A stretch of 64,000 bases of DNA from Lama glama. Lineage: Eukaryota. Under the pieces are notes generated by a model that saw only the letters and a program-made list of their open reading frames with translations, ran no database searches and was not told where the DNA came from. The stretch lies in NCBI GenBank assembly GCA_028534125.1, contig CM052817.1, positions 93,250,001 through 93,314,000 of the forward strand, given 5' to 3'. Each line of letters begins with the position of its first letter. The first letter of the stretch is position 1. Below are positions 12,709-25,800 of the stretch, one piece after another. The position numbers and the translations under genes are program-made.

Positions 12709-13185
12709 TGTAGTGGGTTGATGGTGACCACTCCTCTTCAAAGGTATGTTCATACCCTAATCCCCAGAACCTGTAAATATTACCTAATATGACAAAAGAG
12801 AAAATAGTACCTTATATGGTCACGGGTGTGATTAAGTTAAGGATCTTGGATGGGGAGATTATCTGGAAATACCTGGTTGGGTCCCAAATACAATCATAAG
12901 TGTCCTTACAAGAAAGAGGCAAGGGTAAAACATAGACAGAAAAGGAGAGGACAGTGTGAGCAGGGAGGCAGAGATTGGGGTGATGCAGTCATAGGTCAGG
13001 ACATACAGTGAGCCACCAGGAGCTGGAAGAGGCAAAGAACTACCCTACAGCCTCTGGAGGGACTGAGGATCTACCAAAACCTTGAGTTTGGACTTCCATC
13101 CCCCCAAACTGTTAGATAATGAATTTCTGTTTTCAGGTCCCCGATTTGTGGTAATTTGTTGTGGTAGCCACAGGAAACTAGTCCA
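12709..13185 (+). mobile_element. MLT1C/D-type MaLR solo LTR
   Basis: tgtagtgggttga...ctaatccccagaacctgtaaatattac...gattaagttaaggatctt...gccaccaggagctggaagaggcaa...tttgtggtaatttgtt...gccacaggaaacta. Confidence 0.9.
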
Positions 13186-13369
13186 CCCCACTTCAATTTG
13201 CTAATCCATCTTCCCATAGTCACTCCCTATGCCTTATTCAAATTTGGAGGGGGAACATGGAAAACTCTCAGGTTAAACATGTGTATGTGAGTGTAACAGT
13301 CACACACAGAGGCCTTAAAACATCTGTGAAGTCTTTGTCCACTCTCCTTCATTTAGAAATTTGTTTCTA

Positions 13370-14325
13370 CCATTCGAATGATGTACTGTTAGAGATATTC
13401 TCATTAAAATCAAGAATAAGACAAGGATTCCAGCTATAACTTCCATCTTTAATGTTTTTCTAAAATTCTTCTCAATACATGAAAATAAAATAAGAATAAA
13501 AAGTAAGAGGTTTACCTGTTACACAGGAGGAGGAAAATAATTGTATGCAAATGATATGATTTTTCCACTTAGAAGGTAAAATAGAACTTACTGAAAAGCT
13601 CTAAAAGGGATGAGATTAAGAATAAATTTAAATGTATCAGCAGCTTTGTATCAGCAATAATCAATTAAAATCAAATCAAAAATAATAATTAAACATGAAC
13701 AAAAATATGAAATATTTAGGATAACCATTATGAGAACTATATAGCACACATGAACAAAAACTAAAACTTTACTGAGCACATAGAGAGAGGCACATACCAC
13801 ATGTCTTGATGTCAAGACAATATTTTAAAGAAATAGATTCCTTCCAAGGTAATGTTCTGGTTGATGGTAATTCTAATTAAATATTAGCTAGATTTACTTA
13901 CACTTTAATACAATACCCATTTGAAAAAATAAATAAGCAAGAAAAGCTAACAGAAAAAGAGACCAGTCTTAGAAAGATTCAAAGTCAAAACTTTATAATA
14001 TGAATAAAAAGATCATCAGATCAATAAAACAACATAGATCACTGTGTCACTCATAATAATTTTGTTTGTGGTAAAGGAAATATTAACAACTGTTAGACAC
14101 TGAGAGGGCTAGTCATCAAATTGTTGGGAATAATAGATAATTATTTAGAAAATCATAACATTTGATATTCAGTTTATATCATATATCAAAATAAATTCTA
14201 AGTATATTGAAGTTTGTGTCAAAAATATTATAAAGTATACATAAAATTATACACAATTTATATGAACTTTCTCCTGACCTTTGAATAAAGAAGGACTTCT
14301 CAAACATAAAAATAAAACATCCTTG
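13370..14325 (+). mobile_element. Decayed L1 ORF2 (reverse-transcriptase region)
   Basis: 13398-13439 translates FSLKSRIRQGFQL* (cf. L1 FPLRSGTRQGCPLS). 13541-13561 translates LYANDMI (cf. catalytic LFADDMI). Many stops and frameshifts. Confidence 0.85.
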
Positions 14326-14409
14326 CTCATAATAACACTGATGACAAGAGAAGGCAATTTTAGGGCAATAGTTATTATAAACATGATAGATATGGTTTTT
14401 ATTCTTAAT

Positions 14410-15690
14410 TATGTAATGGAGATGTTATCTTTCTCCTTGTTAACTCCTATTTCCAATTGGTAGCACTTCATCTACATACTTACCCATGAATCTTGAAGTC
14501 CTAGGGAGTAGAAGGGAGATATTCTTCAGAGAAAGGACATGTGCACCCCTTCTGGCCCAATGCATTATGGGAATAGCAAAGAAAGTTCAAGTTGAAAAGG
14601 AAGGTAGAATTGTGAATTGTTGATCATTATCTTCCACCTTATCCCCTAATCCCTTGAGTCTACTTCTTGGAGAGCTAATTTTTAAACACTCAAGAAGTGA
14701 AGACCATGTGGAGAGAGACTTGTCTCTGCATATGCTGTTAGGGACCCTGGAACTGCAATTCTCCAGGAGAAGACATACGAGGCTACTTCCATCATGATGC
14801 TGGAACAGTGGCTCAGAACTGCAATTCCAGAGTGAGAAAGACCCTCAGGAGGTGCTTCTGGCTCCCACTAGCCTGCGCACGTGCAGCAAGGGGCTCAGAG
14901 GTGCCCATGCACCTGTTGAGGGGGGCAGAGAGGCACTTGGATCTGGGTGTCCACAGTGGACAAGGATTTGGAAACAAGAGCTAAATGGCCAGAACCAGAG
15001 ACTCCTGTGAAGGGCGCCAGGACACAAGGCTCAAACTGCTAGTGGGACCCAGTCACACTCAGCAGGCACCGGGTCAAAGAATCAACAGCCTCACTGCTTT
15101 CCAATGGAGACTGGAGGATGCTGAGAAGTCAGGGCCAATCCAAAAACTCCATCCCTTCTGATGCTGTGAGATCATAAACGGTAGAGATTGTAAAGAACAC
15201 AGATGGGAACACAACTTGTGAAGATCAGGATATTGTAGGTCAAATAAGGGGCTTCTGATCTCCTTCTGGATCTGTAATGTGAACAAATGTCTGGCCTAAT
15301 TACATGCACTGCCTACCTGTGTATTTCTAAAGACAAAAGCATTTCTCTCCTGGCAAGTGAATAACTGAGGGTTAGGAGTGAGGGATAGACCCCTTGTGAT
15401 GACCTTCTTCCTTCTTTACTGACCTATCTCCTCTTTTCCTCATATCTCTTGTCCAGGAGGGAAGATTCTTTCATTCTCTTTGCCATAGTCTCCTATGCTA
15501 TGGCAACAAGGCTCCTGGATTAGCTGTCATATAAAGGATGAAGATGGGAATTCTCTCCAAATTCCAAAAGCACTTGGTTCAACATCCTCTAGAGTATTTA
15601 ACTGGGAGCCCTGGGGTATGATAAAAAACTAGAGCTCTTGGAGAATGAAAATAATTTAATTTACTAGCCTCTAAGTATTATCTCCATTAA
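14410..15690. mobile_element. Probable ancient LTR-like insertion nested in the L1 (family uncertain)
   Basis: GC-richer ~1.3-kb block starting near tgtaatggagatg that interrupts collinear L1 ORF2 pieces. Confidence 0.35.
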
Positions 15691-15709
15691 AAACAGCCTT
15701 AAACAACTC

Positions 15710-16070
15710 TCGCCAACTGATAAAAATCTCCCCCTCCAAGAAAAATCAGAAAAACCTGAGCAAGAAGTTCTCAGAAAAATAAGTAACATATTAAATAACA
15801 TTTCAGTTCACAACTAATCAAAGATAGACACATTTAAAAGCACAAAACGTCATTAAATTTGTAATTAGAAGAAGAGAGTTCCCGATGCTGAAGAAAAAAA
15901 CTCTAAAAGTGTTATGTAATACTGCTGGCAATGATAATTTGTTCGAAATTTCTACAAAGCAATCTAGCAGTAAGTTTTTGTATTCTCTGAATTGTCTCCT
16001 TAGGTCATATGTTTGTTTGTTTTTATGATTAGAAAAGATAATAAATATACTTTTAAACAAAGCTAAGGAA
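15710..16070 (+). mobile_element. Continuation of the old L1 (distal ORF2)
   Basis: gaaaaatcagaaaaacctgagcaagaagttctcagaaaaa and aatactgctggcaat...aaagcaatctagca resemble downstream L1 ORF2. Confidence 0.55.
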
Positions 16071-17809
16071 CTCTCCCTGGCATCAGTCATTGTCGACCAC
16101 AATTACCTATGTTGGGTTGGTGAATATTCTACTGGGTTTTTCATATAGCCCTTGTCTACCTCCACCAGACACACCAGTAACCGATGGCAGGCAGCCAAAG
16201 TGGCAGGAGTGTTGTGCTAGGTGGTTAAGTTGCTCTAATTTTTCTGCTTCAACTGAAATTCTATGTAAATTGATTTCAAATGTGTGTAAATAGTCAAACA
16301 CAAAACAAATCAAAGCCCTGAGTTAAAAATAAGAGTAGTAAAATTATTTTTTTTTAATTTAAAGTTAGCAAGTGAACCAATGGTAACAAATGGGCCAAAT
16401 CTTTTCCTTAATGATATAATCATGTGTTGCACATATAAAAGCTCATGAAGTAAATTTTGTAAAAGAACCCAACAATAGCAGTGACATGAAAAATTATCAA
16501 AACAAAGATAAAGTCCCAGCTTAAGGTGGCAAATCTTCAAGCAAATCAGTCACTTCCGACAAGTGACTTCCTAGGGACTGCGTTAGCATCATAGAAAAGC
16601 AGACAGACCTCCCTTCTTTTGTCAATTCCATGATGCCTTTTTTCCCTAGGGAACTGGTACAACGTTATCCTCACACAAATAAAGAATAAAGGACACAGAA
16701 GGATTGAACAGAGCTAGACAATTACTTTCTTTTCATACGTTCAACCTTTTCCCATAAAAGTTGAGTTTCCCTCTCTCTCTTTTCTCTTTTTCTCTTGTAT
16801 AATTAACATTGGGAAAATATGTTTTCCTTGGGCTATTATATGAAGCTGATGAAAAAAGTTCTGTAAAAAGAGATGTACGTTTAACTGCTTTGTAAAATAT
16901 GACCAAGAGAACTCTTGTTCCAAAGCTGGATTCTTTTAAGATAAATGAAGAAGTATTTTTTAATTTTCAGTTCTATATTTTTCCATAAAACATTAAAATC
17001 ATTGGTTCTGTAGCATAGGATTTTACTGAAGAAAAGAGTAAGACCAATCAAGTATTTTATTGTCAAACTTGAGAAATAGTTGCTCTGAATCCCTAATGAG
17101 CAGGATTAGCAGCACAGAGTGCTGGAGAGCTTGTCAGCACCTTTACAATTGAGGGCTCAGAGGCTCAGAAAGCACGAACTACTCTTTGGAGATTACACAG
17201 TCAGTCAGTGCCAAGACAAGATCTTACTCGACCTGGTGACTATAGCTGATTCAATTGCATCACTAGACTAGGGACATCTACTATGCAGCAAGGACAATGT
17301 CTTTCTATCAAGGTTTCAGATCATTGGACAACGATGTGCATGTTGAGCATGACTTTAAGGTGGGTCTGGTGAAGGGCTGATTAAACTGCATGTATAGTGT
17401 TTCAAGCCACATGCTCCTATCTGGTTTCTCCATTTCTCTGTCCTACGACCACTGATTTGTCATGGTGCCCATTACTTGAAGAACCTGATGCTAGTTGCAA
17501 CTTTATATCTCATATAAGCCTGTTGTGTAATTCTACAGAATGACATTTTTTTGGGGAAAAAGAATTTCAAATGAACTTAAATATTTCTATGTCTTTTTCT
17601 CAGCATATATCACTTAACATCTATTATTACCTGAGCTAATACTTATAGAAGGACTTAACTCAGTACCTGTTGAACACATATAAATCCAGCTGATTGTTGA
17701 TAATATGCATTTATCTTATAACTCTGAATCTTCTTCCAATAGTCCAATAGTCCTGGGAATCTTCCATGGTGCTTATAATCCAGACCAGGAAGTCTTTACA
17801 ATATAACTC

Positions 17810-17920
17810 ATAAAATTCCAAGAAGGTGGGAAGATTTTTTTACATTTTATTGATATATCCCAAGCACCTACAACAGTACCAGGCACAGTGTAGACTCTCA
17901 AAACATAATTCCAAATGAAC
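17810..17920 (+). mobile_element. L2 3' end fragment
   Basis: tgatatatcccaagcacctacaacagtaccaggcacagtgtagactctcaaaac. Confidence 0.7.
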
Positions 17921-18731
17921 CCATAAGTGAGTGCAAGCAGAGGAACCACTTAATAATGTAAACGGTGACTATTGCTCTGATGCTGGAAGCCCAGGCTCTC
18001 AGATCAAGTGGCTGCCTAGCCTGGTGAAACTTATTACCTTAGGGCAAGAAATCTGATGAAAAGACACAGCTTGTAAGAGGTGTTTCCTGGTGTTAGGAGA
18101 ATGTAGGAAGATGAGAAATGTCAGTAAGGATTTCTGTGATGTTGCTACAATTATGAGAATTTTTCAGAAGAATTCCTATTCCAGTCAAGATGACTTGTCT
18201 TATATTTGGGGCTGAATTTTTAATGGATACTGTTTTAAGAAAAACTGAATACCATTGATCTCAAAACCAACAACACATTTGCTACAGGTTCATTGACTTG
18301 AAACTCTTACGGATCTTGGACAATTTCTCTACTGGCTGGACTAATTTTTTCTTTTTCTTTTCTTTCCTTTCTTTGTTTTTTTTTTTTTTTTTTTTAAAGA
18401 AGGCCTCAGGGAACACAGATATTATGTTTTTAAAAAAATAGTATTTAACTTACCAATGTGAAAAAGGTTATTTAGAAATTAAATTTAATGGGTAATAGTT
18501 CTTGATCCTTGCCTTAAGATAATTTAAAAAGTAATGACTAGATTTACTAAGCTAATTTGATATTCCTTGAGTTAATTAGAAGCCTTATTACAGATATGAT
18601 TAAGAAGAAATTTCTAATTTCAATAAATGTTTCTAAGCACTAATTTTGATTTTGGTCAAAACCTCTGAGATTATAATGGTGAGAATGAGATCTGTGTCAT
18701 GGATCTCTGTAAAAGACAATGTTGTATAGAG

Positions 18732-18892
18732 TAACGCTGCCCATGGAAAGATAACATGGGCTACAGAAAGCATTCCATAATTTAAAATTTTCTAGTAGTT
18801 ACAGTAAAAGAAGACAAAATGACTTTTAACAATATATTTTATTTAATCCAATACCCAAAATATTATTCTCTCAACAGGCAATCAATATAAAA
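18732..18892. mobile_element. MER33/MER3-like hAT fragment
   Basis: taatttaaaattttctagtag...ttttaacaatatattttatttaatccaata...aaaatattatt...caatcaatataaaa. Confidence 0.7.
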
Positions 18893-18974
18893 TCTATCTG
18901 TCTCAGTTTGCCCAGGCTGCTGTAACAAATATCACAGTCTGGTGGCTTGCCACCACGGATAGCACAGGTCAAGA

Positions 18975-19172
18975 GGCTGAAAGATTTTGGAGTCTGACAG
19001 TTCTGGATATAAATCCTGTTCAATCATTTACTAACCATGAGTTATTGGGGAAATTTAAACATTCCAAGTGCCAGTTCCAGCAACTATAAAAAGGGAATAA
19101 TCTATAACTCAAACATTTTTGTGACGATTAGAAATAATATCTATAAAATATCTACTACAGCGCTGGAAACTC
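18975..19172 (+). mobile_element. MIR (preceded by a ~50-bp antisense MLT1 end at 18898-18950)
   Basis: ttggagtctgacag...aaatcctgttcaatcatttactaaccatgag...ctataaaaagggaataat...ttgtgacgattagaa. Confidence 0.7.
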
Positions 19173-19282
19173 AGGAGCTATTCCTTTCTGAAGAAGCTAA
19201 AGTTTCAATGTTTCAGGCATCATCTCTATTAAATGAAACTGCCATTACCATCATCACTTTTTACCTTTGAAATTGCAGAAGA

Positions 19283-19782
19283 NNNNNNNNNNNNNNNNNN
19301 NNNNNNNNNNNNNNNNNNNNNNNNNNNNNNNNNNNNNNNNNNNNNNNNNNNNNNNNNNNNNNNNNNNNNNNNNNNNNNNNNNNNNNNNNNNNNNNNNNNN
19401 NNNNNNNNNNNNNNNNNNNNNNNNNNNNNNNNNNNNNNNNNNNNNNNNNNNNNNNNNNNNNNNNNNNNNNNNNNNNNNNNNNNNNNNNNNNNNNNNNNNN
19501 NNNNNNNNNNNNNNNNNNNNNNNNNNNNNNNNNNNNNNNNNNNNNNNNNNNNNNNNNNNNNNNNNNNNNNNNNNNNNNNNNNNNNNNNNNNNNNNNNNNN
19601 NNNNNNNNNNNNNNNNNNNNNNNNNNNNNNNNNNNNNNNNNNNNNNNNNNNNNNNNNNNNNNNNNNNNNNNNNNNNNNNNNNNNNNNNNNNNNNNNNNNN
19701 NNNNNNNNNNNNNNNNNNNNNNNNNNNNNNNNNNNNNNNNNNNNNNNNNNNNNNNNNNNNNNNNNNNNNNNNNNNNNNNNNN
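19283..19782. other. Assembly gap, exactly 500 N
   Basis: Run of N from 19283 to 19782. The round length indicates a placeholder scaffolding gap. Confidence 0.99.
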
Positions 19783-21151
19783 TATAATGAAGTCAAGAAA
19801 ATAATTAAATTATACTTTATTCTCAAGTACTAGAAAGCTTCAAACTGAGCTATGGAAATTATGGGTATTTGAGGGGAGAGAGGTGTGATTTATTCAAACG
19901 ATTATTTCAGTGCTGGGCTTTATTTTGACTAGAGATGCCATTGTAATACTTTCAATCTGACTTTCATGTTCAGTTGTTTTGCTATTCATGGATCACGGGC
20001 AGAGGAAGACAAGTTGTTACTATCGAAGCATCTCGAGGAAATTCTTCTGGGCAATTAGGCAACCATTTCCTCCCTCATGAATTGCTGCAAAGCCATAGTA
20101 CTTAGCAAATGGATTAGAGGAACACTGGTTAAGAAAATCAGCAGCTGGCATTCTGGATGTCTCACGGGAAACATGTCCTCTCCATATGGTTACTTCACTC
20201 TGGGACTCACAGATTTACCAGCGCCTCAGGAAGAGGTTGCAGAAGCCAGCTCCCATCTTGCTCTGAAATGAAGATACTGCTCTGTCTGGCTTCAGGGACC
20301 TTCATGCTCTTGTCCCCCTGCTGGGGGTCCCATTGTGCTTCCTGTGAACAGGGGTCACCCCAAGTTATAGAAAGTTTATTTTTTCCAAAGCAAATGACAT
20401 GTTAACATAGAAACATTTCAATGGCTTAAAGCTAAGAAATGGAGTAAATTTAAAACAAAAATGAACATGCATATATGCTTAAAAGTATAAAAGGGAAAAG
20501 TTATATAGAGAAAACTGTTATTCAACTCTTAAGGCTGACAGAATGAAATGGAAGATTAAGTCTGATGTCAGTAGGGGCTTTTTATTCTGCTGATAGCAAA
20601 ATCAAGGCAGACATGAGTAGTCAAAGTAAAACAAATGCCCAGAGGTCAACCAGCATTGTACGTCTTTACTAAGAAAATTAATGAGGTGGAAAACGTTTAG
20701 ATTTCTGAAGAAATCCTCTTCTTAGTTTTCATAAAAGAGACAGCACTCAACAAATTTCAATTTTCTTGTGAAATGGCATTGTCTCTATGAGCAGCTATTT
20801 CTTTGATTATTGTTGACAATCTTTCTCAACCTATATTCTGTATGATATACTTCTTCACTAATGCTTATTTGATCCCTCTCTAGGCCGTCTGGGTCATCTG
20901 CCAATCATACGCTCTTTAGCAGAATCAGAGTTGGTCAAAATTAGATTTTGTCGATACAGTATCCCTCCATGGCATTGTCTTTTTAAGCTGTAAGACTGGA
21001 TTACTAAGCTTCCTTGTTGATTTAGCCCTTTCCAAGATTCTGGGGCTCTTCTTGCCTGTAGAGAAAGAGGAAATATAAGAATATCAAAGTCAAGAGCTCT
21101 TTAGGGCCAGTACCAAGTCTCTCTGATTCTTTGTCTAATTCTAGCTCCTGA

Positions 21152-21590
21152 GTGTGGCAGACTGGCTAAGCCCTCGCCAAAGCCCTGTTCCCTCCTCCTG
21201 GACACACAGCTAGATCACATGCCCCATTATCTCTGGCTGTGTCCCATTTCCTGGCTAGCACTGGCCACACCACCAAGTTAAAGTGTGATCGGAGTTACGT
21301 GTGTCACTTGCATCCTTGGCCCATGAAAGTCTCTTACTCATGATCCCTTCATTCAGTCCCTCTTCCTTTGTCTGTTGTGTGCAGATGGGCATGACAATCT
21401 TGAAATCCTCATGATAAAACTGACAGAGTCTAAAGATGGAAAGAGTATCTGCTTCTGAATCATTGCTTGAAGGAGAGACACTCATCAATCAGAAACATTC
21501 ATTTAAAACTTAAGTGAAAAATAAAGTTTCATAATGAAAAACCACTAACATTGGTGCTTTATATATTAGAGTGGCTGTAGCTGCCTTATA
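21152..21590 (+). mobile_element. Old MaLR LTR (MLT1J/I-like)
   Basis: tgtggcagactggcta...gtgtcactt...aagatggaaagag...ctgaatcattgcttgaaggagag...gtgaaaaataaag. Confidence 0.65.
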
Positions 21591-21783
21591 TAAAATTCTG
21601 ACATACTTACTCCTGCAATAAATTCCAGTCCTAATAGCAAGGTCCTTGCCTTGCCCCTGTTTATTGGTCCTAAATCTCAGTTGCTCTTTGGGGCCCCCTT
21701 TCTTTCTCAGTTCTGGAGAAACTGAGCAGTGAAACCTTTTCATGGAACAAGTATTGGTCTGACAGCTCCCCGGTTCCAGGTAT

Positions 21784-21802
21784 TACTGCCTCCTTGTGGT
21801 CA
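21784..21802 (-). promoter_or_regulatory. CTCF-like motif
   Basis: Minus strand TGACCACAAGGAGGCAGTA compared with core consensus CCASYAGRKGGCRSY. Motif match only. Confidence 0.45.
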
Positions 21803-21883
21803 TGTAAGCACTTTATGTTTTTAAGATTTTCCTGCTGTGAAAGAAATAGATTCTACGTTGCGCTTTAAAATTAAGCTGGCAGA

Positions 21884-22086
21884 TATACATATATATATAT
21901 ATATGTATATATATAAAATAAACAACAAGGTCTTACTGGATAGCACGAGGAACTATATTCAATACCTTATAATAACCTATAATAAAAAAGAATAGGAAAA
22001 GGAAAAGTTATACATATATAACTGAATCACTATGCTGTACACCAGAAACTAACACAACATTGTAAATCGACTATACTTCAATAGAA
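21884..22086 (+). mobile_element. Young 5'-truncated L1 3' UTR with perfect 17-bp TSD
   Basis: aacaacaaggtcttactggatagcac...ctgaatcactatgctgtacaccagaaactaacacaacattgtaaatcgactatacttcaat. TSD aaaattaagctggcaga at 21867-21883 and 22087-22103, with a ttt/aaaa endonuclease site. Confidence 0.95.
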
Positions 22087-22325
22087 AAAATTAAGCTGGC
22101 AGAATTATTTATTTATTTTAACTAACATTGAATTAAATCAATAACACATTAATTTCAGTGATACATTAAATTAAATAATCAGCATTTAAACATCATAAGA
22201 TTGGTGAGATTATAGCTTCCTAAGACAAGTGGTTACAAAATTAAGTGAACAAACATAATCTCTAATAAACATCCTAATAAATAAGGTTTCCTGTAACAAA
22301 CATTTGTGTTTCCAACATGACAGTT

Positions 22326-22862
22326 TGTGGCTAAGCCCTCATGACCGTGCGCCAAGTCTCCTGGAGCTGGTAACCTGGCTGGTTCCCCCTGCATTGGATC
22401 TGGACTGGCCCCACAAAAGCTATAGAATGAGGCAGAAACAATGCTTCATGACTTCCAAGTTGAGGTCATAAGATGCCTTACAGGGTCTGCCTTGTTTTCC
22501 TGAAACACTAATGCTGAGGGAAGCCAATCACAGAGTAAGAAGTCTATCAGTCTAACCCCCTTTTTCTCTTATGTGAGGAAGCCTTTTCTGGACACGTGTA
22601 AGGGCCGCAGGGAGAAACAGAACTGATCTTGCCTTCTCAGCCGAGGTGCCAGATTTGTGAGTCATTTCGGTCTATCCAGCCCCATGCACCATTAACTGAA
22701 TCCAACCCCTGCCGCCCTCTGACTGCAACCAAATAACAAATGCGAGGCAAGAACTGCCCAACTGAGCCTAGTCAATGCAAAGAATCATGAGAAATAATAA
22801 CAAATTTTTAAGCCACTGAGTTTTGAGGTGGTTTGTTAACACAGAAGTAAATAACTGGAACA
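22326..22862 (+). mobile_element. MLT1F/H-type MaLR LTR
   Basis: tgacttccaagttgaggtcataag...gaagccaatcac...gtaagaagtc...gcaagaactgcccaactgagcc...agaatcatgaga...ttttaagccactgagttttgaggtggtttgtta...taactggaaca. Confidence 0.85.
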
Positions 22863-25800
22863 CAGGACAACGGTTCTTTTAAAATATGAAAGCAAACTCA
22901 CAAATATAACACAGTTCTTTCCCCTTCCCAGTGCATGCTGTTTTTATTCCTTCTCTCTATCTGGGTTCAGAGTAAATTGGAAAAAAAAAATAAAGCAGCA
23001 AATGGAGGCCAGTATATCACCTCCATTATTCATAAAGGCTAAGGTGGAGGTTGTGTGGGAACCAAATGAATTTCATAATAATGAACAGCTACATCGTTAG
23101 AATAATCTACCTTTTCATAGGTAACTGGACTGGGGCAACCATCTCCGCCTTGAGGGGGGTTCTTGTCTAAGATTCCCAGCACAGAAAACAGAGGCTAACT
23201 TGTGGGTATGTTTGCTGCCAAGAGGAACAAAAGGCGGTTTGTTCTTCCCAAATTACTAGTCAGGTAAGTCACTTGCCTCATCTAGGCTGAGGTCAGCAAA
23301 AGGACAACGAGATTCCAAGAGTTGGACCAATTTACTGCCTCCACATGGAAGGACATGCTAGGGGGGAGGAAAGGGTTTCCCTCTATCAGTGAACAGATAT
23401 GACAAAAACTGGCTGATAAATAAGCCGAGACATAAACTGAAATTTTTGACATAAAAGTCTGTAAATATTTTCTCGTCTCCATTTTTCCTTTTAAGCAGAA
23501 TAATGGCTAATTCAGTGCTTCACACTCTCAAAAATCACTTGCGACAATATCTTCACTGAAATTTTCTAATTAAGTACCTTAGAAACTTGTGCCTATGATT
23601 TTATTTATAATTTTATCCAATGCAACACCCAAGATCTGGGGCTCATAATTTTGATTTCTTCATTGTGCATCACCAACTGCAGACAAGGTATAATAAATGT
23701 AAATAATTAAGTTACAAGGGCTTCTGAATATTCCAAAGTTCTTACCATCTTAGATCAGTTTTATAACTCCAGTGCACTTGACTTCCATATTATAAACACA
23801 ACTTCAAAAAGTTCAAAGAGACGGGGAAAATAAAAGAATCCAGGGTTCCATTTAGGCTAGAACAGAGAATATACCTTAGTGGCACCGTAACCGAGTGAAA
23901 GATACGATAGTAAGAGCAACTTTTCTTGGAAAATTAGATTTTCCCAGGGCTAATGAGAATGTAAAATTTAACTAGATGGTCACTAGAAGTACATGAGTAG
24001 AAATAATTTACTAGAATCATTTAAGAAATTGAGACTTGCATATTTATTTCCCAGATTGTAAGCTTTAAAAAAATTATGTGAAAATAAAAATTTTACCATT
24101 GATCACTGATCCAAACGCAAATTATACATTACCCAATAAAAAGTATTTATTGCCTTTGTGGAGGAAGAAAGATGAAAATGATAAGAGGTATTGCAGGGGT
24201 GCCCACAGCCTTGAAGAGAGAACCGGGACAGGTTCCATTTTACATATGCCCACAATTAATATGCATTTAAAGGAAGGATGCTGTCTCTGCTGTCAGACCT
24301 TCCGTATGGCAATTTTGTCCTTGATTTTCATTCGTGTCACAGATTTGATTGGCTCTTTACATTAACAAGCAAACTTCTTTCAGGCTATAGATTTATTTAA
24401 CATAGTGTAGGTTTATTTAACTTCCCATAGCTGTATTTTATTTAACATTAGAGTTACACTTCATCACGGAAATGACTGCTCTGATAGTTCTCTTACTCTC
24501 TCATGGCCAACAGGAAATGTAATATTACTGACATGGTTTGAAGTTAGAAAGAATAGTTAAGGACCAACTACTTACAGCTTGAATATAACTTTTACTGCTC
24601 CCAGGCTAAGCGTAAAAACTGATCAGTGAAAGCTTCTAGGGTAGTATTTAAAAAAAAGACTGAGTTGTGTTGCTTGAATAGCTCTGGGATCTGGGAGCAG
24701 GGATGAGAATGACCTTCTAGACCTTGGTACCACCATGGGCCAGATTATATGGGAATAAATGTCTTAGAAGTGGTGAGATGAACAAATCAAACCATTGCCA
24801 TATACAGACACCATTGAACAGTAGCCCCAGTCTTTGGGCAATGAACCTTGGAGGAAACACAGAGTTATTGCAAAAAGTCCATGAATTCTCACGTATACTA
24901 AACATTTTCTGTGTGCTAAATAATTAAAATCAGACATGCATGCATTTTATTTAAAAAATGTAACTTCTTACTTGGTTAGTAAGTACATGTATACTTTTTT
25001 ACAGCTTTTAAAATTTATAATATTTTTTATACTATGCTTTTTCCCTATCAAGGAGTTCCAAAATCCAGCTGATAGATGAGAATCCGTGAAACTCTTTAAA
25101 GTGAGGCAGGAAAAACAGTCTCCATACTTAAAAGTATTTACAGCTGTCTTTGTAACTTTTAGCACGCTGTTTACCCTCTTTCATATCCATAGGACAGGTC
25201 AACACTCTATGCAACAAAGCACACTTTTCCTGAGAGGGAGGATCAATCATGGCTTAGCAACACCAAGCTGGAAATGAAGCCCTGAAGGTGGAAAAGTTAT
25301 CTTTACAATTCCAGGCCAACAAGGAACCAACCTGTGAGATTTCACTTGAGTCTGTAGGAAGGAGGTGTGTCTGTTTGGGACCATCTGTAGATAGAGGGGG
25401 AAAAAGATGCATTGAGACTTCCAAGAGACCCTCAAGAATTGATTCTCACTCTTGGCTGCATTCTACAATCAACTTGGGTGGGGGAAGTTTAAAACTGGTT
25501 GCTCAGGCTGCACATGAGGTCGATTAAAGAGGAAGCCGGAGGTGGGGTTGCTGAGAAGGGGCATGAGAACCAGGTATCAGGCATTTCACAGCTTCCGAGC
25601 GACTGGTGTGCTCCAGGGCTGGCGCTGGCTGCTCTGAGGGTCCTACAGAGATTGCATCGGCACATCACACTATGTGGTGCCTGACAAATTCCTCAAACAG
25701 AAAACAAGCTTAAAGATCACATCTGCAGCCGGTTACTCAGTCATCTAGCCTCTCAAGAGACCGGATAACAGGATTTGTTGATTTGGTAAGAGGAGCTGTT

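Noticed and set aside
19233..19833. Longest ORFs (184-190 aa)
   Set aside because: Artefacts of the N gap.
23121..23263. Plus-strand exon (cttttcatag ... cag/gtaagt)
   Set aside because: Perfect donor but short pyrimidine tract, no recognisable peptide and no supporting neighbours.
25499..25684. GC-richer patch with a 61-aa ORF as a processed pseudogene
   Set aside because: No recognisable protein, polyA tail or TSD.
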